The notes beneath the pieces were generated by a model. It made no database searches. It saw only the letters and a list, made by a program, of their open reading frames with translations, and was not told where the DNA came from. From positions 15,438,001 to 15,502,000 of the forward strand of contig NC_087262.1 of the NCBI RefSeq assembly GCF_037042905.1: 64,000 nt of DNA. The letters run 5' to 3'. Source of the DNA: Lytechinus pictus. Lineage: Eukaryota. The position numbers and the translations under genes were made by a program. Of the stretch, positions 39,459 to 52,047 are shown piece by piece (within the stretch, counting starts at the first letter, position 1; each line of letters opens with the position of its first letter).

Positions 39459-40024
39459 CAGATCTGCCAACCTCTAGGAATGAAAAATTGTATTCTGGGA
39501 TAAAAAAACTGTATTTCATAATAAGATGCTCATCGCGGCACTCAAGCTGCATGCCAGCTAAAATGCGCACTGCTCATGCAGATGAAAAAAAAACATTGAA
39601 ACATGTGTATATCTCACCCTAGTTTTTTAACAAAATCAAATGATTAAAAAAAAGTTACCTGAAATGACATTAATCCAATAACCATATTTGTGAAAGTTTT
39701 ATAAAGTAGAGACATATAGAGATATTTCTCAATAAATAACAATTTTGTATATATTTTTTTTAAATATTGAAACATGTGTATATCTCACCCTGATTTTAAC
39801 AAAATGATTGAAAAAAAAACAAGTTACATGTACCTGAAATTACATTGATCCAATAACTATATTTGTGAGTATTATGAAATAGAGACATAATGGGATGATT
39901 TTTCTCAACAAATTACGATATTGTAAAAATACAAAATCGTATTTTTTAAAGAAAAAACGTACTGTCGTATTTTGGTTGCAAAAACGTACTAAATACGCCA
40001 AAAACCTACTGGTTAGCAGCTCTG
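39459..40024. mobile_element. MITE, CAGAGCTGCCAAC TIR family, 6-bp TSD
   Basis: CAGATCTGCCAAC / GTTAGCAGCTCTG termini; TGATAT on both sides; internal tandem duplication; homologous to 46365-46810. Confidence 0.8.
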
Positions 40025-40859
40025 TGATATTCCATAGAATGCTCTTTTTCTCAGAAAATTGAAAATGTTTTTTTTTTTGCGCAATCATTATTAGATATGT
40101 ATTATATCATAACACCTACAGGCTTCCATTATTCAAAACTTTGCCAAATTCAAAGTTTTTAGAGGTTTTGTGCGTTGATAGTGTAAACAGACAGGCGAAA
40201 AGGAAAAACAATAGAAATTGCAACCCCACACCTACATGTATACAATTTTTTTAATAATAGAAGTATAATTTGTATAATTGGAGCTCAATTGCACAAAAAG
40301 AAATCTGTGATTATTTTTTTTTCTGAACCCTACATGGCAGTAAAGGAATCAATATTACCGGTATGTTAAAATATTTGGTACCGGTGGAAATACTGCTAAA
40401 TGGTTTGATCTTTTTTAGACTTAATTTGAAATTCATTGCATGAATTTTGGAATGCATACATGTAGCTATACCTTCATGGTGTCATTGTGTATGAATGTTT
40501 TGAAATTAAAACTTATCACACTGGGTTATCTATATGTAAGCCAAATTAACCCCCCCCCCACTAAGTTAGCCACTTCATGAGAATTACTGTATGCTATACC
40601 TACGTACATGTATGTACAGTATAGTACATGTATGTCCAATATACCTTTCATTTCTGAGAAATGAATTTATGATGGACCAGGGATCTCCATAGACAGAATG
40701 TAAATTCTAAATCGAGACAAGCTGACACAAGTGCACAACACTGGTACTGAAGAGTGATATTTACAGGGAGGGCACTACAGGATGTAGAAATAGATCTCTT
40801 CACTACATGCAGCGCTTCACAATAGTTGCATCACAACCGTTAGTTTTCATAGAACAATA

Positions 40860-41348
40860 CTAAACCATACGCAAATTATGCATCTCAAAGGCAGAATGCG
40901 TTCTCCGTCCAAGAAAGAAGTTCTTAACATTCCGACATCTGTCGCGGAACGAGACGTCCATGATCTGCGCATAGTTCGGATTCCTCCGTGAGATGTCGTA
41001 CGCGGTGGTCAAACCACGAGAGATGTATTTGAGTTGATAGTGTATGAGGAACGCCTCCCAAATGACAGAATATGTGTTGAGGACGACGAGAATCAGGACC
41101 CAGGTCTGGTCGTAGAATGCTTCTACGACGAGAGGCCAAAGGTCAGCGTCTGGGTACAGGGAGGCGAGAGAGAGGTAGGCGTGGATGACGAACACGAGAT
41201 GAGCGATGGATGTGAGGAAGAGAAAGATGATGAAAGACCGGTGGTTGCATTCGCCCACACAGTTGATGATGAAGAGGCAATGATGGTCAAGATTCCTCAC
41301 ACATCGGTGGCACAATCGACAGTGCTTCGTACCAACAGGTCGAATGAT
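40860..41348 (-). CDS. DHHC gene terminal exon 9b (distal)
   Basis: tgttgtag acceptor, phase 0; [39 protein letters not shown], two TM helices, GLTT motif, N..FF, TAG stop. Confidence 0.88.
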   Translation of the reverse strand: MIRPVGTKHCRLCHRCVRNLDHHCLFIINCVGECNHRSFIIFLFLTSIAHLVFVIHAYLSLASLYPDADLWPLVVEAFYDQTWVLILVVLNTYSVIWEAFLIHYQLKYISRGLTTAYDISRRNPNYAQIMDVSFRDRCRNVKNFFLGRRTHSAFEMHNLRMV

Positions 41349-44300
41349 CTACAACATATCAATCAAAAAGAGATACGTTTCATTTTCTTAATATAAAAAA
41401 TACATGGAATAAAGTATTACATCACAAAAGGTCTCGCATCACAAGGTGAAATAAAGCTGAAATAAATGCAAGTCACGTAACTTGCTCACAAACTCACAAA
41501 CATCCCAGTTTTCACAAAAATGTAGAACATGAAAAAGGGCTTATAAAAGTTGTCTATGAATAGGTAGCCAAATGTCGACTTTATTCTAACAGTACTGTAG
41601 AAAATGCATCACTATTTTCGATACTCAGAATACCACGAACCGTTTGATAATGACAATCAGGAGACAATTTTCTTGACCATTGAAGTACATGTATGACACC
41701 AAGGACTATTCTACAAAGATTTAAGGTCAGTTAATCTCAAAATACAAGAGGGTAAAGATTACAATTTGCTAACACCAGGATTCTTGAGAAGGAACAGAAA
41801 TCCATGTATTAACTTCACTTTTGTGGCTCAGCCAAATCAGCTATACCATCAAAATGGAATCGACAGATATTTTTTGTTGCGTAGTTGGAAATGTCAAACC
41901 AATGGCAGTGAGATAGTGACTTTACCATATTATGCAAGAATAATAACAATTACATAACATCTATCGGTCTCTTTTTCCAATAAATCAGGGTCTCGTTTCA
42001 TAAAGACTTTGTTGAATGATAACAAATGCACAACTTCTATAACATATTTACCAACAGCCAATAAAATAGAAGGATTTCAGTAGCTTTTAACTGTTATTGT
42101 AAATTTGTTATTACAACAAGTTTTATGAAACAGACCCCTGGAAATGGAAAATCCATGTGGATGGGTAAATATGCAAGACTGAGTGAGTGAAAAAAAACTT
42201 GTAACACTTTCTCAATTACATGAGAATGGATACTAAAAAGCATTCATTACACAGAACAAGTATATTAATTGAATTGAAAAGGTATTTCGCAATGAGTTTT
42301 ACTGAAACTGTTGAATGAAAATGGCTTCATGGACAGGTCCTGTCTTACAAAGAGTTATGATTGATCCGATCAACATCAACTATATATGGAAATCCATCAA
42401 TGTCATAATTTTACCTACAAAAAATGTGCACAATTTCCTTTTGTAAACAAAGAGGAGCACTTTGAATTTTCAAGAAAACAATGAATGTACTAATATATAC
42501 ATAACATCTAGAAAAAATTTGAACAACCATGCACTTTAGACGATGGCATGGCTGGCTTTCCATAGTTGTGGTTGATCAGATAAATCACAACTCTTTTTAG
42601 ACGGGGCCCTGGATTCATGCAGTCATATCTCACTGCAGGCAAATCAAATTTTACATCACAGCAAAGAATGATCTGATTATCCAAGCGTACACATGTTCCA
42701 CACAAAAATGATATTGAATTATTTGGGACAGGATCCTTTTTCAGGAAATATGTGAAAGATTATAACAAATTTTCATCATTAAAATTGAAAATTTTTGAAG
42801 GGGTGAATTTTTTTATTTTCAAACCATCAATTTCATCTAAAACAAGTAATGCACATCTTTTTTTTCCTACAGCGCTTTGCTGGACAATCCCTCAGCTTAA
42901 TTGTAGTTAAGATGTGCAACAACGCCGGCACTTGTTTGCAACTACAGCCCCCCCCCCCCCCCGAAACCTCATGGACACTTGCTTGGACTGTTGTGTCATG
43001 GCTCTACCCCTCGACCTCAATTACAATCAAATATATGTGGAATGACCAACTATCAGAAAATTATAAGCAACTAATAGGCACAGAAATATCATTCTGACAC
43101 AATTTGACACACAAGATGAAAGTGATTTTTTTTTCTAATTTCATATTTTGTACTGGTTCCCAAAATGACCAACAATCAATGAGTAGTTACACTTACAGAC
43201 AGGAAAATATAGCATATACCGTAGATGGTATTTACAAACAAATGACTGTAAGAGAAATATTAAGCCTCTAGAAATAAAACTATTCAAGGCATAACAGATT
43301 GAAAGGGCAGTTTACAGGTATTTATAAAAAAAAACATTTATGAGTTTTCATGAAGTCTGAATTATGAACAAGACAACCACAAAATGAAAAACTTTTTTTA
43401 CGAACTTCACAAAGTGTATGAAATGAAGATGTTCATTACATGATGATGATGGTTGCTATGGTTACACACTAGATGACCCCGATTGACCTCCCTGGTAGAT
43501 TGCAACAAAAGGCTGTCCCATGAAAAAAGCTTGAACGTTCCTAAGCCTGACGCTCCATTTCATGTGCGCAGTCGACAGACGGAAACGCGTCCGCCGGGAT
43601 CGCTGTATCATATCAAAAGTCGTCAACCCAAACGACATCATCCGGAGTTGGAAACGCGACAGGTTGAGATTCCCGACGAACGATACCCCGTTCATAAGCA
43701 TGAGGAGGCAAACCCAGCCTTCGTATATCAAAAGAGCTTTGAGAAACGGTATCCATTCCAGATGCCTGTGCACCAGGAAGAGGTATTGGGTAGCATGGAT
43801 AACAAAGGTGACATGCATGAGGGTAGTTATGAGGATGAAGATGACGAAAGAACGGTGGTTGCGCTGGCCGATGCATCTGAGGAGGAACTGACAATGGTGG
43901 TCAAAGTTGCGCACGCATCGTCTGCACATCTTGCAATGCTTGACCGTCTCTGCTGGTATGAGCTTGAGGAGGAGGATGGAGGAAGAGAAAGGGTGATGTT
44001 TACCTTTAAATTCTCCACCTCATGTGATCAAATTTTGATGAATCATCTTGATTTTAAAACTATGTACGTTCAATACAGTTAGCCTATATCAGCAGCTTTT
44101 GGATTGAAAACTTGCACAGATGCCATCATCAAGATATTCGTTGACAATAGCAAAATATACTTCATTTTATGGAGAGTGAAACAAATGCACCACGTGGCAC
44201 ATTTTTCAAAGAAAATCAGTATAAAGATAAATAAAACATAAGGATACTACCTTCTAATGACAAACAAAGCAAAATGCTTATACAGTGCATCCCCAAAAAA

Positions 44301-47300
44301 ACTATACACTTTTGAAATGGCTGCCAAATAGAAAATATAGCATTTTGGGGACAAAGATTTACATATATGGAAAGCCAATAAAGTCAACTTTCAAATGACC
44401 CAAAAAAGTTGGAAAACTGTTCATGCTTGAGCGAGCACTGCCCACTGAAACAAAGGGTATGAAAATTAGGGTGGGCTGGAATTAGCCTTCCAATTTATGT
44501 CAGTTTTTAAGAGGCAAATCCTTTTGAACTTGCAAAGTTAAGGGCGTTGTGATAAATTAATGATCAACCGAGACCAGTTTTGGTTGCTTATGCAAATTTT
44601 ATGAATTATTAAATTGAACTTTAATGCATAAGTGAACACAAATTACACTTTTTGGGCAGCATTTCAACTTTATCATTTGGATCTCTTTTTGGGCAGCATT
44701 TCAACTTTATCATGTGGATCTCAGCAGTGTGTTCATGGGAGTCGGGAGAATAGGGGGTGAGATAGGACTTAAGTGGGATAAGTAGGTTGATGGAATAAGG
44801 GTCAACAGAACATTCAGCCAAACTTTAAACCTCACCTCTAACCCAATCCTAACCCTATTTTCTAAACCTTCTGAAATTGATTCGGCAGTTTGTGCGGTAC
44901 ACCCTGAAGTGTGCCCCTTAAGCTCTCAATAATTAGAGCTAAGAAAGACAGCTGACTGGGCTAACTTTAAGATCATCCAGTCCTATATAAAATGGACTAT
45001 CAGTAAACATTCCTAGCAAACAGGACTTCAATTGATAATTCATGATTTTCCCTTGCTGTTGACCTCAAGGATATCTTTATTGCCTAGTCCCACGTTTGTC
45101 TTGTGAGTTTTGTACCACATGTCCTGGCCCTGTTTCACAAACCTCAGCAACTGACTGTACTGTTAATGTGCATGATCGATTGCATACGATAATCAATATC
45201 ATCAAGCATAAAAATCAACCCTACTATTAAAATCTAAACTTGTCTAAGAGGCCACGGGGGATGTCTTTGCAGCCTCATCCTGATTTCAGATTACTCTGAA
45301 CAAAGGTCCTTATTACAACTCTAACACTACGTATGTCTTCCGCAAGATTCAAGAGCAATAGTCACAGGTCTGGAGCAAATGTCAGGTCACCCTGCAGTCA
45401 GGCCTTGCTCAATAACACAAGACTCAGTGATTGATCGTCGGGCTGATTTTCACGATTGATCATACACAATAATCAGTGCCATCAATCGTAGAAATCAGCC
45501 CCTCCATTGATCGCCAAGCTTCATGTTACAGGGCCCTGCCAATCCTTAAACTTACCTCACACGTCACGCAGAAGACGTCCATCTTGCATCTTCCTTTGAC
45601 GACATCCTCTATGGTCAGTAACGACCCGTCTTGACTGTTCCGCTCCGACGTCTTGCATGTACCAGGATCGCTGGTGAGAAGGCGGACATAAAGTGTGAGC
45701 ATCACAAAGGCCAGAGGAACTAGAATTAGAAGCGATAGGCAGACGGTATCTGGCCATAACAGTGAAAGATGTAGAGTCAAGGAAAGGCAAAGACATACTG
45801 GCCATGTACAACGAAATTTTGATGCAGTGTCTATGGCCAAAATTTATTCTGGGTTAGATGAATAAAGCTTTTGAGCTCTCACATTCTCAATGTATCATTT
45901 AGGAAGATGGTTATTTTGAAAAAAGTCCAATGTATCTCCGTAAGAATGGCGCTTTTAAAGTCCTCATATTAACAGAACCTCAGTATTGAACAGTAGCAAG
46001 AACTCATGAACCATAGTATATGCAAACTTGTACAGGACCCACACAGTTCCAGTGGGCAATTTGAACTTGTTAACGACTGATTTATGTTATTTACATACAA
46101 TGGGCTTAATATGCATATTAAGCCTATTATATGTAAATAACATAAATCAGTAGCATATCAATATGCATATGAAGCCTATTATATGTAAATAACATAAATC
46201 AGTAGTTAACAAGGTCAAATTGCCCACTGGAACAGGGTGGGTCCTGTACCAAGTCACACAGGAATGACAGAATTCGGTAGCCAATATGTTAACCCATTGC
46301 CTACTGGAACTTAGATGTCTCTGTAGAAAGCCTAGGGGAATGACAAAATTCAGTAGTCACATAGCAGAGCTGCCAAGTTGTAATTTGCATTTTCAGTATT
46401 CTTATCCCCCAAAATCAGTATTTTGACAAAAAAATCAGTATTTTTACCGTGTGAGATAATATTTTGTATTTTTCCCCCAAAAAGTGTATTTCATAATAAA
46501 ATGCTTGGCGCACTCGCCCATCACGGCGCTCAAGCTGCATGCAAGCTAAAATGTGCACTGCTCTTGCAGATGAAAAAAAAAAACATTGAAACTTGTGTAT
46601 ATCTCACCCTGGTTTTTACAAAATGATTGAAAAAAAACCAAGTTACCTGAAATTACATTGATCTAATAACCATATTTGTGTACGTTTTATTTTTTTATTT
46701 TCATTTTTTCTAAATACAAAAAACATATTTTTTAAAGAAAAAACGTACTGCCGTATTTTGGTTGCAAAAACGTACTAAATACGGAAAAATCGTACTACTT
46801 GGCAGCTCTGACATAGGTTTCAATTGCCTACTGGAAATGGGAGGTCCCTGCACAGAGCCTAGGGAATGAGAGAATTCTGTAGTCAAAATATTCCAATTGC
46901 CTACAGGGTGATACCCGTACAATGGAATTACAGAATTTGGTAGTACACATGCACGCTATTATTGCCTACTGTGACTGGTTGGCACAAAGCCTCTGGGAAT
47001 TACAGAATTAATTATCTGATGTACTATTATTACACAGTTTCATTATTTGTATTTAAAAAAGGATATCTGGTAGTACTTTGTAGAAATAACAGATGGCTGT
47101 ATGGGTGATCCCCGCAAAGAACGCTCCTGCTTGTACTGGATTGGCCCATCTAGAAAGGAACAAATTGAAAGATGACATGGGCTGCCAACTCTACTATTCA
47201 ACAAATGGGAAGAATATACAGAGATATCAATCAAATCGTCCTTATCTTTTCAGTTATCAAGACATGGTAGTATGAATAAGAGAGACATTGAAAATTTGTA

Positions 47301-50300
47301 GTATTTAATGCTGATTTTTTTTTTTACGAGTCTCCATGACAACTGACTTTTTTTTCTTCCTCTAAATACATGCAGCTTTAAGCATCAGCAATCAGATATT
47401 ATATAATAATAAAGAAATTTTGATCACACACTAATTGCTATACCATTATTCTGGAAACCCCACTAGCAAGAGCTATGAATATACATTCAAGCCAAATTAC
47501 ATTTGTACTGACCACTTGATATCGAGTTATGGGGTCTTTTCTGCAACTTTTAAGGGCTATATTTTCACATTTCGAGGGCTAATGGTTGTATGTACCTGCT
47601 AATATGCGAGATTCTGTGATGTTGGTTGCTGATTAGGAAGACTAGAATAGCTGTGAATAGCACCATCACTACACCAGCATACTGCTTGAGATGACTTCCG
47701 ACGACAACGATAGTGGCGAAATATATAAAGGGTCCAAATAAGAGGGTATACCAAGAGAGGAGGGGTCCCTTCGGAGGCAAGTGAGGGGCTTTGGATTGAG
47801 CCCAGTATTCCATTTCTTTAAATAAGTACTGATGTCTGAAAGAAACAACAAAAAAGGAAAATTAGAGTGACCAATTTGTAAAATCAAATCATTACAACAT
47901 GTGTATTATGTCATATAACAGCAATCTAAGAACTCCCCTGGTACAAAATGTTTTGTTTATTTTTACTTAGTGCTATCATAATTTAAAATGATGATAATAC
48001 TAATGGATTATTACATAGTGCTCAATGTGGTGACAATCCTGACACTAACTACTCTGAGTGACCTAAGCATCGATAGCTGGCAATAACAATATTGGTTATT
48101 CAAAACCCTTATTCAATTCAACGAAATCAAGATACAATGTATGATACACTATATACAGCCAAAAGGCTGAAATTAACATGTTCACGGAGAAAATACATGA
48201 AGTTCATCCAAGGGCAACAATAAAAGAAACAAGAAGTAGGCCTATAACATACAGGTACAAGAAGTTATCCACCAGTCAAGCTTCATAATAAATAAAAAGA
48301 TGTTTCAAATAAAGCAGCCCCCCCCCCCCTTCTATGCACAAAACTTTTAAAAAGCACAAGGGATGAGGATTTAAGTTTCACTCACGGCATAGATCTGCCC
48401 TCTCGCAGGACGTCAAGGGGAGACTTCCCTATTCTATTCTTGATGAGTAGGGTCTGACATGAACTCATCTCTAATAGAGTCCAGCATGTCTCTGAGAGGG
48501 AATTCAAGCAGGCAATGTGGATCGGCAAGTTCCCATGTATGTCTGGTAACAAGACGTCTGATCGCTTTGAAATGACAGGGAAAAGGTAGATGTAAAGCAC
48601 TACTTGTTATTTCAAAGTAAATAAACATCAATAAATCCGATATGCCAACCTGTCAAAGAGAAAATTTGTATTCTGTATCTCCAAACGGTATTTATTTCTC
48701 CATCAAACTTCATATTTTTTCAATTTTTTATTCATCATTTAATTACCATTCTCATGCAGTGCGATTGTACAACCATTTTGCTAATGAAGCACAAAAAAAT
48801 GTTCTTTTCTTGACTATGAATTCACTTTTTGGGCCCTTTTTTCTTCTTATTTCTGTCATATTTTTGTAACAAATTCTTATTTCTCATAATGGTTGGCAGC
48901 TCTGCATCAACAAATTCAGTTCAAATGCAAATCCAGTTTGATAGGACCACAGAGAGAATTAACATTTTCTTATTTCTAGCTACAGGATGGAAAGAAAAAG
49001 GCAAATTTCTCCCTGGAATCATCTTCTTGGAATACAAAAATATTAAATGAAGAGTTTTGATAACCCTAAAAAAAAGTTTATCATTTCTAGTGAGTAAATA
49101 TCAAGAAAAGGGTAAAACTAAAAATGTTATCTCCTTGGGACCATCTTCTTAGAATACAAAATATCATATGGATGGAATGAACTTACCCCTTTTCTTAAGA
49201 GATATTTGACAGCATCCTGAAATCCTTGATAACAAGTGACATGGAGAGGTGTTTGACCACTGAAAAAAGATGGAATAAGCAATAAAATCCCATACATGAT
49301 AGTTGTATACATAATTTACAAATATGAATCAGCCTTGGAAGAGATATCATTTACAGGTACCATGTGCCCCCCAAAAAAAACTTTACAATTTTTAAATGGC
49401 TCCCAAATAAAGAATATAACATTCTTTTTTTTTGGGGGGGGGATATGTATCAGCAGCTAAATGAATTAACTTTCATATGACACCAAAAGGTCTGAAAATA
49501 ATTTATGCTTGGGTGAGCATTTATAAACAGTATGAATATTAGATTGTGTCCGAAATGAGCCTTCTAGTTTGGGAGAGGTGAGTCCTTTGGAGCTTGCAGG
49601 GTGATAAATTCATCACCAATCATGATAGCTATTGGGAATGCTAAGTTAAGTTTAAGAATCAAAATTTTATACATGCATCTATGATCGTAGCACTTTAACT
49701 TTCCATGTGCCAGGGAAAATTACAGTGCTATAATAAAGTGGACATATCACAAGAGAACTTTTTAAAACAAATATCATAGAAAAAATGACTCACTTTTTGT
49801 CTGTCTCATTAAATGCAACTCCATGGACCTGTTCTAGATAATGCAAGGTGTGACTAAAAAGGAAAACCAACAAAAACAATATTAGATGTGATATCACAAA
49901 GGCTACTAGAATATGATTACCTGTATTCTAGTATCAAACTTAATCGCCTGAATTCGCGAAGGTGGTTTTTAAAACCTTAAACCATCGGTTGAACCCATGG
50001 TTTATGCATATTTCCTGTATAATTTACGCTTATTTACCACGTATATTAAAAAATGTCCAATGCTGATGCACACTTTTGTCACAGTGCGCAAAATTGACGC
50101 CTGTTGCCGTGGTTATCTACACTATTTTATTCAGGAGTCCGCTGTTTTGAATTAATGAGTCCACTCTTCAAACAGTAGACTAATGAATAAAATAGCGTAT
50201 TTAACCATAGCAACAGGCGTCAATTGGCGCAATGTGACAAAAGTGCGTATCATGATTGGACATTTTTTCGATATACGCGGTAAGCGTAATTTATACAGAA

Positions 50301-52047
50301 AATCTGCATAAACCATGGACTCAACCATGGGTTTTCAAAACCACCTTTGTGAATTTGGGCCAATATACCATGGTCTAACTCTGTGCAAAAATCAGAGGAA
50401 CCAAAAACAAAATGTCAATACTTTATTTACATTGTATGTTTCCTACCTTTACCAGTACTACATGTATGTTCTCTCCCATTAAATACTAAAAAGAATATTT
50501 TAGGTATTATTCTGTTACAGTGGTTTGCACTGCGTGCCAAAGTGTAGACAAATTTAACTTCTTCTATGAGAATTTAATATCACAATTGGCAATTCACAGT
50601 GAAACAACAACAAATTTAGTTTATAAATGGCCAGATCTATCCCTGAGTCTGTCAGTCCATCTATTCATCATTTATACAGTTTGCCAAAAATTTACGGAGT
50701 CTCAAACTAAATTGCTAACATGTTTTCTTTGTCTGACAAGAAAAAAATAATAATTGATGCCATATTGTTGCCCAACTGTGAAGTTATCTATAGGCCCTTT
50801 GCAAAAACAGTTGTATTTAATCGTTAGTCATGAAATCATACACAATTCCCCAATATTTTGCTTGTAATAGGTTGAAAACCTAGTTGCATTCGATTTCAAC
50901 TCTTCTGCAAACCTGACTGATTGATGTTAACTTCTGAAGGTTTCCATGGCGAAGAAGAATAGTGTAGTAGGTTTCACGGTACACCTTTTCAGGAACAACA
51001 TTTGCCTAAGAAGATAAATGGTGTACCGTGAAACCTACTACACTGATTGGTCGACTTACACACTGCCCCCAGCTGCTGCATGGTGTACAGGTTTACGTCC
51101 CTGATGGTCCTCTGCGTCCAGCTGACTACCTGCATCCAGAAGCAAGCTCACGTTCTTAGGGTTGCCTCGTTTGCAAGCGTACATCACGGGTGTTTCTCCA
51201 TAGTCATTGAGAGCGTTCACATCAGCACCGTGTTCTAAGAGAAGGGTTATGATGGCAGGGTCGCCTCGCAGCGCTGCTCGGTGGAGGGGAGTAAAACCAT
51301 GCCAACCTAACATGTATGACAGGAGGAACATTATGTTCACAGACGTCGCTTACTTGCTTAAGTTTTAATCATTATGAAAATCATCTAGAATGGTACCCTT
51401 TGTAGCTTATATCTTTAAAGAAATGAAAACATTATGGCAATCGTATGTTGCAATCTTAGAAATTCATCTGTTAAGTTTCCAGGAACCAGACATGATTTCT
51501 TATTGGGGCAAAATAAGATCATTATTCTTCAAATTGGCAATATATTACAACTAAGTAAGAAAGTATTTATTTTGAAGGGGGGAATATGTTGATCAAGAAG
51601 GGTTTGCCTCTTTCAAAATATTGCTATACATAAAAATAAAAAAGTGGTGGTAATGATCATGCTCAGCATCCATGGAAAAAAAATCTTTGAATGGGTACAG
51701 AAAAAGATAAGTACTTTCACAAATCATCTTCTTCCTGTTGACTAAAGACTGCCGTCATATTATTGTAATACTTAGCTAGTCAATTTTACAGGCATAAAAT
51801 CTTAAGACCGGGTAATTTTGTAACAACTTTGCGCTTGCATAGCCCGACTTCTCCAGTACAGGCCACGCGTATACTAACCCTTGTCATTGATTCCATTTGG
51901 TTGTGCTTGTATCACTTGGACGATCTGTTCATATACCCAGTTATTCTGGATAGCATCCACAATTTTGGTTCCAGCAAAGTCGAGTGCTGGGGGATTCTTT
52001 TTTACGTTTGAAGCAAACGGAGCAAACATAGTTGGAGCAGCTTCCAT
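40860..52047 (-). CDS. Ankyrin-repeat DHHC palmitoyltransferase (ZDHHC13/17/Akr1-like architecture), isoform with distal terminal exon, ~581 aa
   Basis: Exons 52047-51879, 51306-51060, 49853-49794, 49259-49187, 48564-48386, 47835-47596, 47149-47067, 45761-45556, then 41348-40860 (or 43962-43462); all phases compatible. Ankyrin repeats ([36 protein letters not shown]), TM segments, DPG motif, CxxC and DHHC cysteine-rich domain. Confidence 0.88.
43462..43962 (-). CDS. DHHC gene terminal exon 9a (proximal); ~585-aa isoform
   Basis: Pyrimidine tract plus caag acceptor, phase 0; [39 protein letters not shown], two TM helices, GLTT motif, N..FF, TAA stop. Confidence 0.88.
   Translation of the reverse strand, partial: LIPAETVKHCKMCRRCVRNFDHHCQFLLRCIGQRNHRSFVIFILITTLMHVTFVIHATQYLFLVHRHLEWIPFLKALLIYEGWVCLLMLMNGVSFVGNLNLSRFQLRMMSFGLTTFDMIQRSRRTRFRLSTAHMKWSVRLRNVQAFFMGQPFVAIYQGGQSGSSSV
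46030..46250. mobile_element. Palindromic MITE-like inverted repeat
   Basis: GTACAGGACCCAC..TTCCAGTGGGCAATTTGA / TCAAATTGCCCACTGGAA..GTGGGTCCTGTAC with an internal ~50-bp duplication. Confidence 0.7.
46365..46810. mobile_element. MITE, CAGAGCTGCCAAC TIR family, 6-bp TSD
   Basis: CAGAGCTGCCAAG / CTTGGCAGCTCTG termini, ACATAG on both sides; inserted in a degenerate ~60-bp minisatellite (46260-47010). Confidence 0.85.
49945..50361. mobile_element. PIF/Harbinger-type palindromic MITE (family of 8743-9097)
   Basis: Ends CCACCTTTGTGAATTTGGGCC; internal sequence homologous to 8743-9097. Confidence 0.75.
50961..51044. mobile_element. Micro-PLE remnant with inverted end (25-bp perfect hairpin)
   Basis: 50984-51044 matches the PLE 3' terminus 28056-28117; 50961-50985 is the exact reverse complement of 51020-51044. 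Confidence 0.8.

Larger units (their letters stand above)
45762..47066 (-). other. U12-type (minor spliceosome) AT-AC intron
   Basis: 5' site ATATCCTTT at 47066, branch point TTCCTTGAC at 45784-45776, AC acceptor at 45763-45762; joins CCA G|TG TTA TGG in frame. Confidence 0.9.

Noticed and set aside
40860-41348. Exon 9b as a haplotype/assembly duplicate or as an exon spliced after 9a
   Set aside because: Too diverged from 9a to be allelic, flanks are unrelated, and 9a ends in a stop with no evident in-frame donor.
43483-44082. 199-aa and 120-aa plus-strand ORFs over the DHHC exons (also 41034-41396)
   Set aside because: Antisense shadows of GC-richer coding exons; no recognisable domain.
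46260-47010. CRISPR-like spaced repeats
   Set aside because: Eukaryotic intron; degenerate minisatellite without constant repeat/unique spacer structure or cas genes.
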